Assembly (NCBI GenBank): GCA_002449135.1
Contig: DKCH01000021.1
Span: 2,395-66,394, forward strand
Reading direction: 5' to 3'
Source: Bacillales bacterium UBA6879
GTDB taxonomy: Bacteria > Bacillota_I > Bacilli_A > RFN20 > CAG-288
Length of the DNA stretch: 64,000 bases
This document shows positions 47,773 to 58,310 of this stretch, piece after piece. The stretch's first letter is position 1. Every line of letters begins with the position of its first letter. Under the pieces are notes generated by a model. That model was not told the DNA's origin and did not search any database. It saw nothing but the letters and a program-made list of their open reading frames with translations. Position numbers and translations under genes: made by a program.

Positions 47773-49467
47773 TCAATTATATTTTGCTTGCATATTCTCA
47801 ATTTTAATGGTTTTAGTAAAACCTAATTTAGTAGAAAGACGATGAGAAATAGAAATAATTGTCATCTTTTTACTTACTAAATTAATAGCTTTTAATAAAC
47901 TTTTTTCACTTAAAGAATCCAAATTAGCAGAGATTTCATCTAAAAGTAAAATTTGTGGATTAAAAACTAATCCACGGGCTAAAGCTAAAAGTTGTTGCTG
48001 CCCATATGAAAAATCTTCAGGATAATATTTTTGCTGCAAGTCCATTTTAAACTTTTCATTTACATAAGAATAAAGATTAGTTATTTTTAACGCAGATATT
48101 ACTTGATCTATAGTTATACTTTTATCCTTCAAAGTTATTTGATCCATAATAGTTCCATTTACTGGTTTAAACCCTTGTTCAACATATGAAAATAGATAAC
48201 GTTTATAAATACTTGGTATTTTACACGCTTCTAAATTATTAATTAAAACCTTTCCAGAATTTGGCTCATATAATCCAGTAATTAATTTAAACAATGTAGT
48301 TTTACCCGCACCAGTTCTTCCAATTATTGTAACTTTATCATATCTTTTAATATTTAAATTAATATTTTGAAGAACATTATTTTTATTATCATAACTAAAT
48401 GTCAAATTTTCAATTTTAATAATATCTTGATCATTACTATTTAAATCATTTATAGTAATTAAATTATTTTCTTTAACTTTTTCTTCTTCATTTAAAAAGC
48501 TCTCAACTCTTTTTATTCCTGATAAACCTTCTTGCATTGTTTGCAGTTCTTGCCCAATATTACTAAGAGGTTCAAACAAATTAGAAATCAAAGTTAATAA
48601 AGCAGTAAAATTACCTAATGTGAGATTAAAGGCTGATAGATTTATTTTATTATTATATATAATTAAAACAACAATAATAGCTATAAGACTAGTTTTAATT
48701 ATTTCAATTAATGGTGGAAATATTGCATCATAAAATGAAGTTTTTATACTTACATTATATGAATCATAAAGTTTTTTACTGAATTCTTTTTCTATATATT
48801 TTTCTTTATTTAAATTCCTCAAAGTTAATAAATTAGAAAGATCTTCTGATAAAGTGTTTGATACATTATTAATAAGTTTTCTATTAATAAGTTGATTAGA
48901 AAGCATTCTTTTCTTAAAAATGTGAGTAATAACATAAATTAATGGAATAAGTACTAAGAAGAACAATCCTATTAAATAAGAAAAAACAAAAATTGAAACT
49001 AAAATAGAAACAATCTTAAACAAAGAAATTATTAACTCTACTAAGCCATTAGAAAACAATGATTCAATAACATAAACATCATCATTAACTCTTGATGTTG
49101 ATTCACCAGTAGGATGTTTACTAAAATAACTAGTCTTTAAATAACTAACTTTTTCAATCATTAAATATCTTAAATGATGAATTATCTTTTGACCTAAATA
49201 GTTAATAGCATAATTTTCAATAAAAGTCATTAAAGCTATAAACAAATAAGTAGAAAAATAAAGAAAAGAAATAGCAACAATCTTGTTAGATAGTTCATCA
49301 AACATGAAGCTTTTACTTAAATAAGTATCGATAATATAAGAATAAACTAAAGAAGGAATAACACTAGATAAAGATACACCAATAATAGAAATGATAAGGA
49401 AAAATGAAGCTAGTTTATATTTTAAAAAAATGCTTTTCAAAAAGCTTATAAGTTTAAATTTTTCCAT
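47773..49467 (-). CDS. ABC exporter subunit (TMD-NBD fusion, canonical ATP site)
   Basis: Six TM helices, Walker A GRTGAGKTT, signature FSYGQQQ, Walker B LLLDEISANLD. Confidence 0.8.
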   Translation of the reverse strand: MEKFKLISFLKSIFLKYKLASFFLIISIIGVSLSSVIPSLVYSYIIDTYLSKSFMFDELSNKIVAISFLYFSTYLFIALMTFIENYAINYLGQKIIHHLRYLMIEKVSYLKTSYFSKHPTGESTSRVNDDVYVIESLFSNGLVELIISLFKIVSILVSIFVFSYLIGLFFLVLIPLIYVITHIFKKRMLSNQLINRKLINNVSNTLSEDLSNLLTLRNLNKEKYIEKEFSKKLYDSYNVSIKTSFYDAIFPPLIEIIKTSLIAIIVVLIIYNNKINLSAFNLTLGNFTALLTLISNLFEPLSNIGQELQTMQEGLSGIKRVESFLNEEEKVKENNLITINDLNSNDQDIIKIENLTFSYDNKNNVLQNINLNIKRYDKVTIIGRTGAGKTTLFKLITGLYEPNSGKVLINNLEACKIPSIYKRYLFSYVEQGFKPVNGTIMDQITLKDKSITIDQVISALKITNLYSYVNEKFKMDLQQKYYPEDFSYGQQQLLALARGLVFNPQILLLDEISANLDSLSEKSLLKAINLVSKKMTIISISHRLSTKLGFTKTIKIENMQAKYN

Positions 49468-49468
49468 T

Positions 49469-51226
49469 TTAACTATTTTGCTCCTTATTTTGTAAAGAAT
49501 ATAACAACTGATAATTTTTATTATTCTTTAAAAGCTCATTATGAGTAGAAACTTCATATGTTGAATCCCCATTTAAAATAACCACCTGATTAAGTTCTTT
49601 AAATGATGATAATCTATGTGAAATTAAAATAAGTAATGAACCTTTAAAATCATCTTTAATGTTGCTAATAATCTTTTCCTCTGTTTTTATGTCTATATTT
49701 GCAAAAGGATCATCTAAAATTACTAATCCTTTTTTATTAATAATAGTTCTAGCTAAGGATAACCTTTCTTGTTGTCCTGTAGATAATCTTAAACCACGAT
49801 TTCCTATGATGGTTTTCTCTTTATTATCCATTTTTTGTAAATCCTGGATAAAATCTACTTTTTTTAAAAAAGGTAATATATTTTTCTTTTCATCAAATAA
49901 TAAATTTTCTTCTATACTTTTAGTAAACAGTTGATTTTCATGTCCCATATAAGTAATATTACCTGAAATTTCTTCTTGCGAATAATTTTTTAATTCTTTA
50001 CCAAACAAATTAATAGAGCCTTGATAACTAATTTCTTTTAAAAAGACTTTACCTAGTAAAGATTTACCACTTGCAATAGGTCCAGTAATTCCAATCATTT
50101 GGTTCTTTTTTGCTGTTAAATTAAAGTCTTTAATTATACAACTATTATTAACAAAAATAGATACATTTTTAATTATTAATTCATCTGTTTTATTAAGTGC
50201 AACCTTTTCTTTAAATTCTTGATAATTCTTAAATTGCCCCTTAATTCGATTCCAAGAAGATAAGCCGATTTGAATAGAAGAAAACAATTTTGCAGTTCTA
50301 CTAGCCTTACTAGCTAAAATAATAAAAGAAGTAAGATAAGTAGTAAATAGACCTAAGGACCAATTTTTATCCAAAATATATGGTATTCTAAGTGAAATAG
50401 CATCACTTAAAATGATATGTTTTAAACCAAAGCAAAAAATTGGAATAAGTCCTATTAAAGCAATTATTTTGGCTAAAGGTAATAAAGTATCAGTTAATAA
50501 ATTAGTTTTAAAAGAATTTTTTTCATAATCAGTTAAATAATTATCATATGTTTTTATTAAATCATTATTACGCCCATATAATTGATAAGTTATAGCATTT
50601 TCAAAATAATCATAATTAAAAGTAGAAATATTTGAAGACGCTTGCTTAACTTTTGAAGAACACTTATAAATTTTTTTACGCATAATAAAAGTAAAAACAA
50701 TTGATATAAAAACAGGAATTAAGGCATAAAGTGTCATTATATAATCAAAAAATGAAAGATAAATAACATAGAAAACAATAAAAAGTATAGTATCAAAAAT
50801 TTCAGTTATTAATTTTCTTAAACCTTCACTAGTATTATTAATATCATAAATGGCATTAGTTAAAAATGGACCAATTCCTCTTGTTTTTATTTCTTCTAAT
50901 GGTAAATTTAAATAGCTATTAAACAAAGAATAACGCATATTAGAAGAGACAATAGCGGCTAAAATTCTTATCAAATATCTTTTAAAAAATCTAAATATTT
51001 GGAAAAAGCAAATGGAAAATAAATATATTAAAAGAATAATTATGATTTTATTATTATTTTCTTTTGCATTTATAGCATCAATTAAAATACCTTGAAAATA
51101 AGGGGAAGCTAATTGCCCAAAATTAAAAAATATCCCACTTATAATAATAAATATTAACAACCAAAAATGAGGTAAAAAATAAGAGGAAACATGATTAGCT
51201 TTAGTTTTTACTTTAATTAATTTCAT
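49469..51226 (-). CDS. ABC exporter subunit (TMD-NBD fusion, degenerate ATP site)
   Basis: Walker A GPIASGKS, signature LSTGQQER, Walker B ILDDPFANID with Asp in place of the catalytic Glu. Likely heterodimer partner of the downstream gene. Confidence 0.8.
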   Translation of the reverse strand: MKLIKVKTKANHVSSYFLPHFWLLIFIIISGIFFNFGQLASPYFQGILIDAINAKENNNKIIIILLIYLFSICFFQIFRFFKRYLIRILAAIVSSNMRYSLFNSYLNLPLEEIKTRGIGPFLTNAIYDINNTSEGLRKLITEIFDTILFIVFYVIYLSFFDYIMTLYALIPVFISIVFTFIMRKKIYKCSSKVKQASSNISTFNYDYFENAITYQLYGRNNDLIKTYDNYLTDYEKNSFKTNLLTDTLLPLAKIIALIGLIPIFCFGLKHIILSDAISLRIPYILDKNWSLGLFTTYLTSFIILASKASRTAKLFSSIQIGLSSWNRIKGQFKNYQEFKEKVALNKTDELIIKNVSIFVNNSCIIKDFNLTAKKNQMIGITGPIASGKSLLGKVFLKEISYQGSINLFGKELKNYSQEEISGNITYMGHENQLFTKSIEENLLFDEKKNILPFLKKVDFIQDLQKMDNKEKTIIGNRGLRLSTGQQERLSLARTIINKKGLVILDDPFANIDIKTEEKIISNIKDDFKGSLLILISHRLSSFKELNQVVILNGDSTYEVSTHNELLKNNKNYQLLYSLQNKEQNS

Positions 51227-51288
51227 TAAAATATTATCTCTTTATAAAAATATCAATTAATATTATATAAAACAATAAAATGCATTTA

Positions 51289-52884
51289 CTATAGTATCTT
51301 TCCATCACCATACTTTTTAAAGTCATCTATTTCTAATTTATTTTTAAAAACATAAAAATATAAGGCAATAGAAGGAGGAATAATAGCTAAAATCCAGGCA
51401 AAGGGGTGAGCTAAACACACAGATAAATAAGCCCAGCCATAATGAGGACTATTTAAAATGAAATGAGGATTAATAATAGCAGGTAAGAAAAGACAAACTA
51501 ACACTCTAGCAACTAATTCTAAAATTCCAGAACATAATGGGAAAAAAGATTTACCCAGTCCTTGAATTGAAGAACGAACAATAAACAAAATACCTAAAAT
51601 GTAAGTAGCAGGAGCAATACAATAAAACCACATATTTGTATAAACTTTAACAGCATCAGTAACATAGTCTTTATGTAAGAATAAATATAGTACACCGCCA
51701 TTAATACTTGCTAAAAGTTCAATAAGAGCAATGATTGTACAAATAATAGATGAAATAATAAAAGATTGTTTAATGCCAATTTTAATTCTCTTATAATTTC
51801 TAGCCCCTCTATTTTGCGAACAAAATGATAACATGCTTGCCCCTAAAGCATCCAAAGTAACTTCCAAAAATACTTCAAATTTTGAAGATGGACCAAAAGA
51901 AGTTTGAGCCAAATTAAAAGATAATTGTGATGTAGAATCATAAATAGGGGAAAAATCTACACCAAAATAGTGAAATGGTTTATTATATGTTAAATAATAA
52001 TTTTTAGAAAAATTATCAAAAGAAACAACATTATTTTGTAAAACAATTAAGCCAATTGCCAAGATAGAAAATTGAAAAGCCATTGGAAGACCTAACTTTA
52101 AATGTTCATAACAGAAATTCCAACTAAATTTAAAATCCTCTTTTTTAGGTTTTAAATAAGGATATTTTTTAATTGCATAAATATAACAAGCAAAAGCAGC
52201 TAAAAATTGAGAAATATCTACAGATAAAGCTGCACCAAAAACCCCATTTGCACCTTTTAAACCAAAATCAGGTAAATATTGAGGCATTGCTGCAATAAAC
52301 AAAAAATCAAGTCCAATAGAAAGAAAAGTAGAACCTGCTAAAAACAAAAAAGGAGTTAAAGAATCACCAATACTTCTTAAAAAAGAACAAATTAAATTAT
52401 AAAAAATCTGGGTAAATAAACCAGCATAAATTGTTGTAATAAAGATTTTTGCTGCATGATATGTTTCATAATTATTAGTCTCATTAAGTGAAAGAGCATT
52501 AAGCAAAAAAGGAACTAAAAGTACAGCAATAATTGTTAAAATAATAGAAACTATTAAAGCAAGAAAAGTTTGAGTAACAAAAGACTTTCTCAAACCATCT
52601 ATATCATTTTCACCTTTTTTACCACCAGAAATTACAGAAAAACCAGCAGTACAACCAAAAGCAAATTGTAAAATTAAAAAAACTAATGAATTAGTGTCAT
52701 CTATACCTGTAACATAACTATCAGCTAAATAATGACCACAAATTAATTCATCTATTAATGTATAAGATTGCTGAAACAAATATGATAAGACAATAGGAAC
52801 CCAAAAAACTAAAATAACTTTCCATGGTGTACCTTTAGTTAAATCAATTGATTTAAAAAGATTTTTAAATGAATATTTACTCAT
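51289..52884 (-). CDS. MATE-family efflux transporter
   Basis: 531 aa, 12 predicted TM helices. N-terminus PIVLSYLFQQSYTLIDELICGHYL fits the MATE signature. Confidence 0.7.
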   Translation of the reverse strand: MSKYSFKNLFKSIDLTKGTPWKVILVFWVPIVLSYLFQQSYTLIDELICGHYLADSYVTGIDDTNSLVFLILQFAFGCTAGFSVISGGKKGENDIDGLRKSFVTQTFLALIVSIILTIIAVLLVPFLLNALSLNETNNYETYHAAKIFITTIYAGLFTQIFYNLICSFLRSIGDSLTPFLFLAGSTFLSIGLDFLFIAAMPQYLPDFGLKGANGVFGAALSVDISQFLAAFACYIYAIKKYPYLKPKKEDFKFSWNFCYEHLKLGLPMAFQFSILAIGLIVLQNNVVSFDNFSKNYYLTYNKPFHYFGVDFSPIYDSTSQLSFNLAQTSFGPSSKFEVFLEVTLDALGASMLSFCSQNRGARNYKRIKIGIKQSFIISSIICTIIALIELLASINGGVLYLFLHKDYVTDAVKVYTNMWFYCIAPATYILGILFIVRSSIQGLGKSFFPLCSGILELVARVLVCLFLPAIINPHFILNSPHYGWAYLSVCLAHPFAWILAIIPPSIALYFYVFKNKLEIDDFKKYGDGKIL

Positions 52885-52940
52885 AATTCCAACAACAATA
52901 AATATAGCACTTATTATTTTTCATGATTTATTTTTGTTAA

Positions 52941-52984
52941 AAAAGCGCTTTAAAAAAGTCACTTAACCATTTGCTAAGTGACTT
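52941..52984 (-). terminator. Terminator after oleate hydratase gene (minus strand)
   Basis: AAGTCACTTA...TAAGTGACTT hairpin followed on the minus strand by TTTTTT. Confidence 0.5.
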
Positions 52985-52989
52985 TCCTT

Positions 52990-54777
52990 TTATTTTATTA
53001 ATTTACTATCTTTTAATAGTAATTCAATATCAGTATTTTTAATTTTCTTTAAGACAAGATGCAATGCAATCTTTTCGATTGGACTAAGCTTCATTTCATC
53101 TAAAGACTTCTTATCAACAGCATAGTAAGCAGCCTTTAAAAGTTCACGTACATCAAAAGTAGAACCCCAAACTTCTGGAACAGCTCTTTCTATATTTAAT
53201 AAGGTATAACAAGCTTCCATACCAGTTCTAATTGAATATTCAGTGGTAAAAATGCAATCTCTTGGAGTTTCAGCAAATTGACCAATAAAAGCAAAGTTAA
53301 TTGAATTAGCAGGAACAACTAAAGGACGATCTTCTTTAGCTCTAGGTTGGAAGAAAGCAGTAATATAAGGCATATAACAAGTAGTAGTATTACATTTATT
53401 AGTTGCATAGTCTTCAATCTTTTCTTTAGGACAACCAATATGATAAAGCCATTCTTCACAGATTTCTTTTCCAGTACAATCTTTCATAGCTTTCTTAACA
53501 TAGTTTCCTTCTTTATTAGTAGTTAAACCATAGAACCAAATTAAAACAGTGTTTTTATCTTGAGCTTTAAATTGAGGTTGTCTATTAATAGTCCAGGAAA
53601 TGTACCAGTTATTCATACTATCTTTAACTGTAACAATTCCACCAGTAGTAACTTTGCCACTACGAGGATCTCTTTTACAAATTTTTTCAATTAAATTTAT
53701 AATATCATCTGAACTAGTAGCAATGGTAGCCGACATCCAATTAGTTTGTTCTACATTATCTGCAAATTTTTCAGGGTGACCAAAACTAGGATCTTGTTTG
53801 GCAATATTTTTCCATAAATCCCATGAATCACCTTTACCATTTTGTACTTTAGATAAATCAGGAGCAACATTTTGTGATCCATAACAAGAAACATCTGTAC
53901 AGCAACCATTAGTAATAAAAACTAAATCATCTTTAGTTAAGTCTAATTCTTCTTTATTACCATTTCTTTCAAAAACAATAGTTTTTGCTAATTTTTTATC
54001 ACCAACTTGTTGGAATAAAACATTTTTAACATCAATACCATATTCAAATTTTACCCCTTTAGAAATTAAATATTTAACCAAAGGTAAAATCATTGATTCA
54101 TATTGATTATATTTTGTAAATCTCAAAGCAGTAAAATCAGGTAACCCATCAATATGATGTACAAATCTTTGAAGATATCTTTTCATTTCTAAAGCAGAAG
54201 ACCAACGTTGAAAAGCAAACATTGTTTGCCAATATAACCAGAAATTAGAAGACCAAAAATGTTCATCAAAACATTCATCGATTCTTTTATTTTCCAAATC
54301 TTTTTCAGGAGTTAAATAAAGTTTTAATAATTCATTTTGTGCTTTCCTATCTAAAGTAAATTTATTATCAGTATGGGCATTTTGTCCACATTTAACAGTT
54401 GCACGACATAATGAATAATTAGGATCATCTTTGTTTAAATAAAAATATTCATCAAGAACAGACTGACCTTTATGTTCTAAAGAAGGAATATCTCTATAAA
54501 GATCCCACATACATTCAAAGTGGTTGTCCATTTCTCTACCACCTCTCATATAAAAACCTTTAGTAACATCTTTAACGCCATCACAAGAGCCACCAGGAAT
54601 TGGTAATTTTTCAAATAAATGAATATTTTCACCTTTTAATTGGCCATCTCTTAATAAATAAAATGCACTAGATAAACCAGCCAAACCAGTACCAATAATA
54701 TATGCTGATTTTTTATCAGCATCCTTAGGTTTTCTTGGTTTAACAAATGCTTCATAAGTTCCACTAGAATAATACAT
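52990..54777 (-). CDS. Oleate hydratase (FAD-dependent, myosin-cross-reactive antigen family)
   Basis: 595 aa. SAYIIGTGLAGLSSAFYL Rossmann FAD motif and typical MCRA-family N-terminus MYYSSGTYEAFVKPRKP. Confidence 0.85.
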   Translation of the reverse strand: MYYSSGTYEAFVKPRKPKDADKKSAYIIGTGLAGLSSAFYLLRDGQLKGENIHLFEKLPIPGGSCDGVKDVTKGFYMRGGREMDNHFECMWDLYRDIPSLEHKGQSVLDEYFYLNKDDPNYSLCRATVKCGQNAHTDNKFTLDRKAQNELLKLYLTPEKDLENKRIDECFDEHFWSSNFWLYWQTMFAFQRWSSALEMKRYLQRFVHHIDGLPDFTALRFTKYNQYESMILPLVKYLISKGVKFEYGIDVKNVLFQQVGDKKLAKTIVFERNGNKEELDLTKDDLVFITNGCCTDVSCYGSQNVAPDLSKVQNGKGDSWDLWKNIAKQDPSFGHPEKFADNVEQTNWMSATIATSSDDIINLIEKICKRDPRSGKVTTGGIVTVKDSMNNWYISWTINRQPQFKAQDKNTVLIWFYGLTTNKEGNYVKKAMKDCTGKEICEEWLYHIGCPKEKIEDYATNKCNTTTCYMPYITAFFQPRAKEDRPLVVPANSINFAFIGQFAETPRDCIFTTEYSIRTGMEACYTLLNIERAVPEVWGSTFDVRELLKAAYYAVDKKSLDEMKLSPIEKIALHLVLKKIKNTDIELLLKDSKLIK

Positions 54778-54891
54778 ACTTTTCTCTTCTCCTTTACGCT
54801 AATTAGTCTAGTAAAATTTCTCAAAAAGTAATTAGACAAAATTCATAACATGTCTAATTTTTTGACATACATCAAAAAATGTAAAAAAGTT

Positions 54892-54927
54892 AAAGAAAAA
54901 AGGTTTAACAACCGAAGTTATTAAACC
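54892..54927 (-). terminator. Terminator downstream of tRNA-Leu (minus strand)
   Basis: GGTTTAATAAC-TTCG-GTTGTTAAACC hairpin followed on the minus strand by TTTTTTCTTT. Confidence 0.5.
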
Positions 54928-54944
54928 TTATTATGCACTATTAA

Positions 54945-55033
54945 TGGTGCTCAGAGTGGGAATCGAACCCACATGACCTTTTACAGTCGCAGGATTTTAA
55001 GTCCTGTGCGTCTACCAGTTTCGCCATCTAAGC
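54945..55033 (-). tRNA. tRNA-Leu (anticodon UAA), type II with long variable arm
   Basis: Reverse complement: acceptor GCTTAGA/TCTGAGC, anticodon arm CAGGA-CUUAAAA-UCCUG, 16-nt variable arm, T-arm GTGGG-TTCGATT-CCCAC, encoded ACCA. Confidence 0.8.
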
Positions 55034-55120
55034 ATTGCTTAACGCTTTAATACAATAACACTTTTTAAAATATCTGTCTAGTATATTTTTAATAAATTTT
55101 TAATAAATCAACTATTTAAT

Positions 55121-55609
55121 CTATTTATCGTCACTAAGTTTATTAATACCTTCTTGATCTAATCTAAAAATATTCCACTCACTTAATCTTTTAGCCCCTA
55201 TAGATTCATAAAAATTAATAGATGGTGTATTCCAATTTAAACACACCCACTCAAAGCGACCCAAGTTTTCTTCTTTTGCTAATTTAGCTAAATAAATCAT
55301 TGTTTGCTTACCAAAACCACGATGACGATAACTAGGTAAAATATAAATATCTTCTAAATAGAGTCCACCACGACCCACAAAAGTAGAAAAATTTGTAAAA
55401 AAGAGTGCAAAACCTATTTCTTTTTTATCATAAACTAAGAAAATAACTCTTACTAATTTTCTTTTAAATATGTATTCTTCTAAATTATTTATATTAGCTT
55501 GTACTTGATCTTCCATCTTTTCATATATTGCAATTTGTTTTATAAAAAAGAGAATTAATGAAAGATCTTTTCTTTTAGCTTTACGAAATGTTAATTTATT
55601 TTCTATCAT
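55121..55609 (-). CDS. GNAT-family N-acetyltransferase
   Basis: 162 aa. Acetyl-CoA-binding motif RHRGFGKQTMIYLAK (R/Q-x-x-G-x-G/A). Overlaps the upstream ABC-2 permease gene. Confidence 0.75.
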   Translation of the reverse strand: MIENKLTFRKAKRKDLSLILFFIKQIAIYEKMEDQVQANINNLEEYIFKRKLVRVIFLVYDKKEIGFALFFTNFSTFVGRGGLYLEDIYILPSYRHRGFGKQTMIYLAKLAKEENLGRFEWVCLNWNTPSINFYESIGAKRLSEWNIFRLDQEGINKLSDDK

Positions 55610-56639
55610 TTTTTTGATTTAAAAAATATTTCTGATACATAATAATTTTATTAGGAGTTAAGAAAATATCGAAAATAATAAAAATACCAATAAAAGAAAG
55701 TAAGACTAAACTCATAGTTTGGACAGATATTTTAATATTAAAGAAAGATAAAGAAAAATCAAATTGAGAATACAAAGTATTTACAATATTTTCACCCATT
55801 TCTGGATACTTACTTGAAGCATAATTAAATAAATCTAACATTGGTTGATTCATAAAATAACTTCTAATTAAGCAACAAGAATAAGTTCCAGGAACAAAAG
55901 TAGTAATAGTAGAAATAGCTTTAGGAACCATATTAGGTGGCAAATAAGCTCCAATTAAGAAACCAACACTAGCTGATGTAATAGCTACTAAAGAAGCCAT
56001 AGTTGATTCAGATTTAATAAAAGAACAAATAAAGAAAGTAATTAGAGAAGCACAAATAGTAGAAATTAAAATAAGTCCAACAATGGCAAAACCATCTAAA
56101 ACAGAAGGTAAATCAGCACCACTAAAGCTTAAATAAATTAGACAAACACAATAGACAATTAAATTAATAAAAAAAGTAATAATTGCATTAAAAGAAAAAT
56201 AAGAAGCAGTAACAATACTTTGAGAAATTGGTGAAGAATTAAAATCTCTTGAAATTTCTTTTTCCTTATCTCTAACCATAATAGTACAAGTATTTAACGA
56301 AACAGTAAAACAAGAAACAGCTAAAACCCCAGAAAACATCCAAGTATCAGCAATACCATAAACTTTAGCCATTAATGTTTGGTCTTTTAAAGCGTCACTT
56401 GAAAGCATCTTTTCTAAGGCGTTATTTATAGAAGCAACTTCCATTGGTCTTAAAAATAAGCCATAAATAAATAAAATAGCTAAAGGAACCATTAAAGTAA
56501 AAAGTATTTGAGACCAATTCTTAAAAAAAACCAAAAGATGTCTTTTTGTTAAAAAATAAAAAACCCTAGCTTGATTAGGCTTAGTAAGATCTTCGTCTTT
56601 AGTAAATTTAGATTTTTGGTCTAACTTATTCTTTGCCAT
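55596..56639 (-). CDS. ABC-2 type exporter permease
   Basis: Six TM helices. Probable start at MAKNK (56639) overlapping the ATPase stop by 14 nt. Confidence 0.7.
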   Translation of the reverse strand: MAKNKLDQKSKFTKDEDLTKPNQARVFYFLTKRHLLVFFKNWSQILFTLMVPLAILFIYGLFLRPMEVASINNALEKMLSSDALKDQTLMAKVYGIADTWMFSGVLAVSCFTVSLNTCTIMVRDKEKEISRDFNSSPISQSIVTASYFSFNAIITFFINLIVYCVCLIYLSFSGADLPSVLDGFAIVGLILISTICASLITFFICSFIKSESTMASLVAITSASVGFLIGAYLPPNMVPKAISTITTFVPGTYSCCLIRSYFMNQPMLDLFNYASSKYPEMGENIVNTLYSQFDFSLSFFNIKISVQTMSLVLLSFIGIFIIFDIFLTPNKIIMYQKYFLNQKNDRK

Positions 56640-57633
56640 TATTATCAAGCTCCTTTCGTACACCTGTAACATTTAAAAAAACATCATCCATTGATCCTTT
56701 TTCTACTTCAAAATCTTTTAACAATGGCTTATGTGCCTCAATAAAATTAATAGCATCATCAGCATCATTTACAGTAACTCTATAACATTTAATATCTTGG
56801 TTATAAGTAAATTTCTTTTTTTCTTTAACAAAAATCTCTTCATACTTAGTATTTTTATTAGTATAAATAATTACATAATCACCTGAATATTTATTTTTTA
56901 ATTCTACTGGTGTCCCACTAGCAATAACATTTCCTTTATTCATAATAACTGCATATGTAGCTTTTTCAGCTTCTTCCATATAGTGAGTAGTTAAAAATAC
57001 TGTCATTCCAGTTTTTTCTCTTAAAGAATTAATCAAATTCCAAACAGATAATCTAGTCTGCGGATCAAGACCAGTAGTTGGTTCATCCAAAATTAACAAT
57101 TTTGGATTATGTACCATTGCCCTAGCGATATCTACTCTTCTTCTTTGACCACCAGAAAGTTTAGACAAAGGCCTATTTAAAAAAGAATCTAATTCAAGCA
57201 TATTTACAAGCTTTTTGAATCTAATTTCCCAATCCTTTTTCTTAATTCCATAAAAACCTGCACGTAAATTTAAATTTTCTTTAGCAGTTAAATTAGGATC
57301 CAAAACAGAATTTTGGAAAACAATTCCAATAGAATTCTTGATTAAAAAAGGATAGCGATCTAAATCATAACCATCAACATAGATTTTACCGGAATTTTTA
57401 TCAAGAATTGAACAAATAATATTAATAGTTGTAGATTTACCCGCACCATTTAATCCTAAAAAAGCAAAAAGTGAGCCTTTTTTTACAGTAAAAGAAACAT
57501 TATTAACAGCCACCATTTCACCATATTTTTTCACCAAATTCCTTACAGTTAAAATCTCATTTTCAGGAATCGATGGATCTTTTTTTTCTTTATTAAATAA
57601 TCCAATTAAATCAATATTATTCTTATTATTCAT
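56626..57633 (-). CDS. ABC transporter ATP-binding protein (ABC-2 subfamily)
   Basis: Walker A GLNGAGKST, signature LSGGQRRR, Walker B LILDEPTTGLD. Confidence 0.85.
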   Translation of the reverse strand: MNNKNNIDLIGLFNKEKKDPSIPENEILTVRNLVKKYGEMVAVNNVSFTVKKGSLFAFLGLNGAGKSTTINIICSILDKNSGKIYVDGYDLDRYPFLIKNSIGIVFQNSVLDPNLTAKENLNLRAGFYGIKKKDWEIRFKKLVNMLELDSFLNRPLSKLSGGQRRRVDIARAMVHNPKLLILDEPTTGLDPQTRLSVWNLINSLREKTGMTVFLTTHYMEEAEKATYAVIMNKGNVIASGTPVELKNKYSGDYVIIYTNKNTKYEEIFVKEKKKFTYNQDIKCYRVTVNDADDAINFIEAHKPLLKDFEVEKGSMDDVFLNVTGVRKELDNNGKE

Positions 57634-57706
57634 ACAATCAAAATATACTACATTTTTAATATATTTAAAACTAGCAATTTAAATAAGATATGCTAAACTA
57701 AACAAG

Positions 57707-58141
57707 ATGAATGGTAAAGATACAGATTTTTTTGAATCAACATTTTGGTCTATCTTTCTTAGGGGCTTAATAAGCAGTATTGTTTCATTAGCTTTTTTCT
57801 TTTTGATTTGGGGGTTATCTAAACGTTCATATCAAGATGTTTCTAATGCTTCTTTTGCTTGTTTTGCTTTATTAATTGTTGTTTCTTTTTTCTCTTTAGG
57901 TTATTCAAAAGGCTATTTTGATAGCTACGTTTATGGTCTCTCTTTCTTTTTTGGACCTGTAGGAAGAGGGATAAGAATTAAATATGGTAATACTTATTCA
58001 AATTATAAACACAGCAAAGAGCTAAGTAGAGAAGGCAAATCTTTTAATGCTTTTTATTCTTTAACTTATTTTATTGAGGCTTTAATCTTTTTAATTTTTG
58101 CTATTGTTTATTTAATTCTTTTTAATAATTCTATTAACTAA
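57707..58141 (+). CDS. Small membrane protein, unknown
   Basis: 144 aa with four hydrophobic segments. Confidence 0.4.
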   Translation: MNGKDTDFFESTFWSIFLRGLISSIVSLAFFFLIWGLSKRSYQDVSNASFACFALLIVVSFFSLGYSKGYFDSYVYGLSFFFGPVGRGIRIKYGNTYSNYKHSKELSREGKSFNAFYSLTYFIEALIFLIFAIVYLILFNNSIN

Positions 58142-58310
58142 AATACAAGAAAGCGATTTCATCAAAAAAATTAATTTTTTTACTTGACCTATTTTTATTT
58201 ATTTGGTAATTTTATTGTAATCTAAATTTTGCCGGGGAAAATATATCTTAAGAATAATTATAACTTTTGGCTAAATTATAGGTTTTTAACTAACAAGGAG
58301 GAAAATTATT

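Noticed and set aside
58142-58310. T-box or riboswitch leader upstream of the OppA-like gene
   Set aside because: No specifier/T-box consensus (AATTAGGGTGGNACCGCG) or other conserved riboswitch core is visible. The region is AT-rich with only a weak TTGACC-17-TAATTT promoter-like element.
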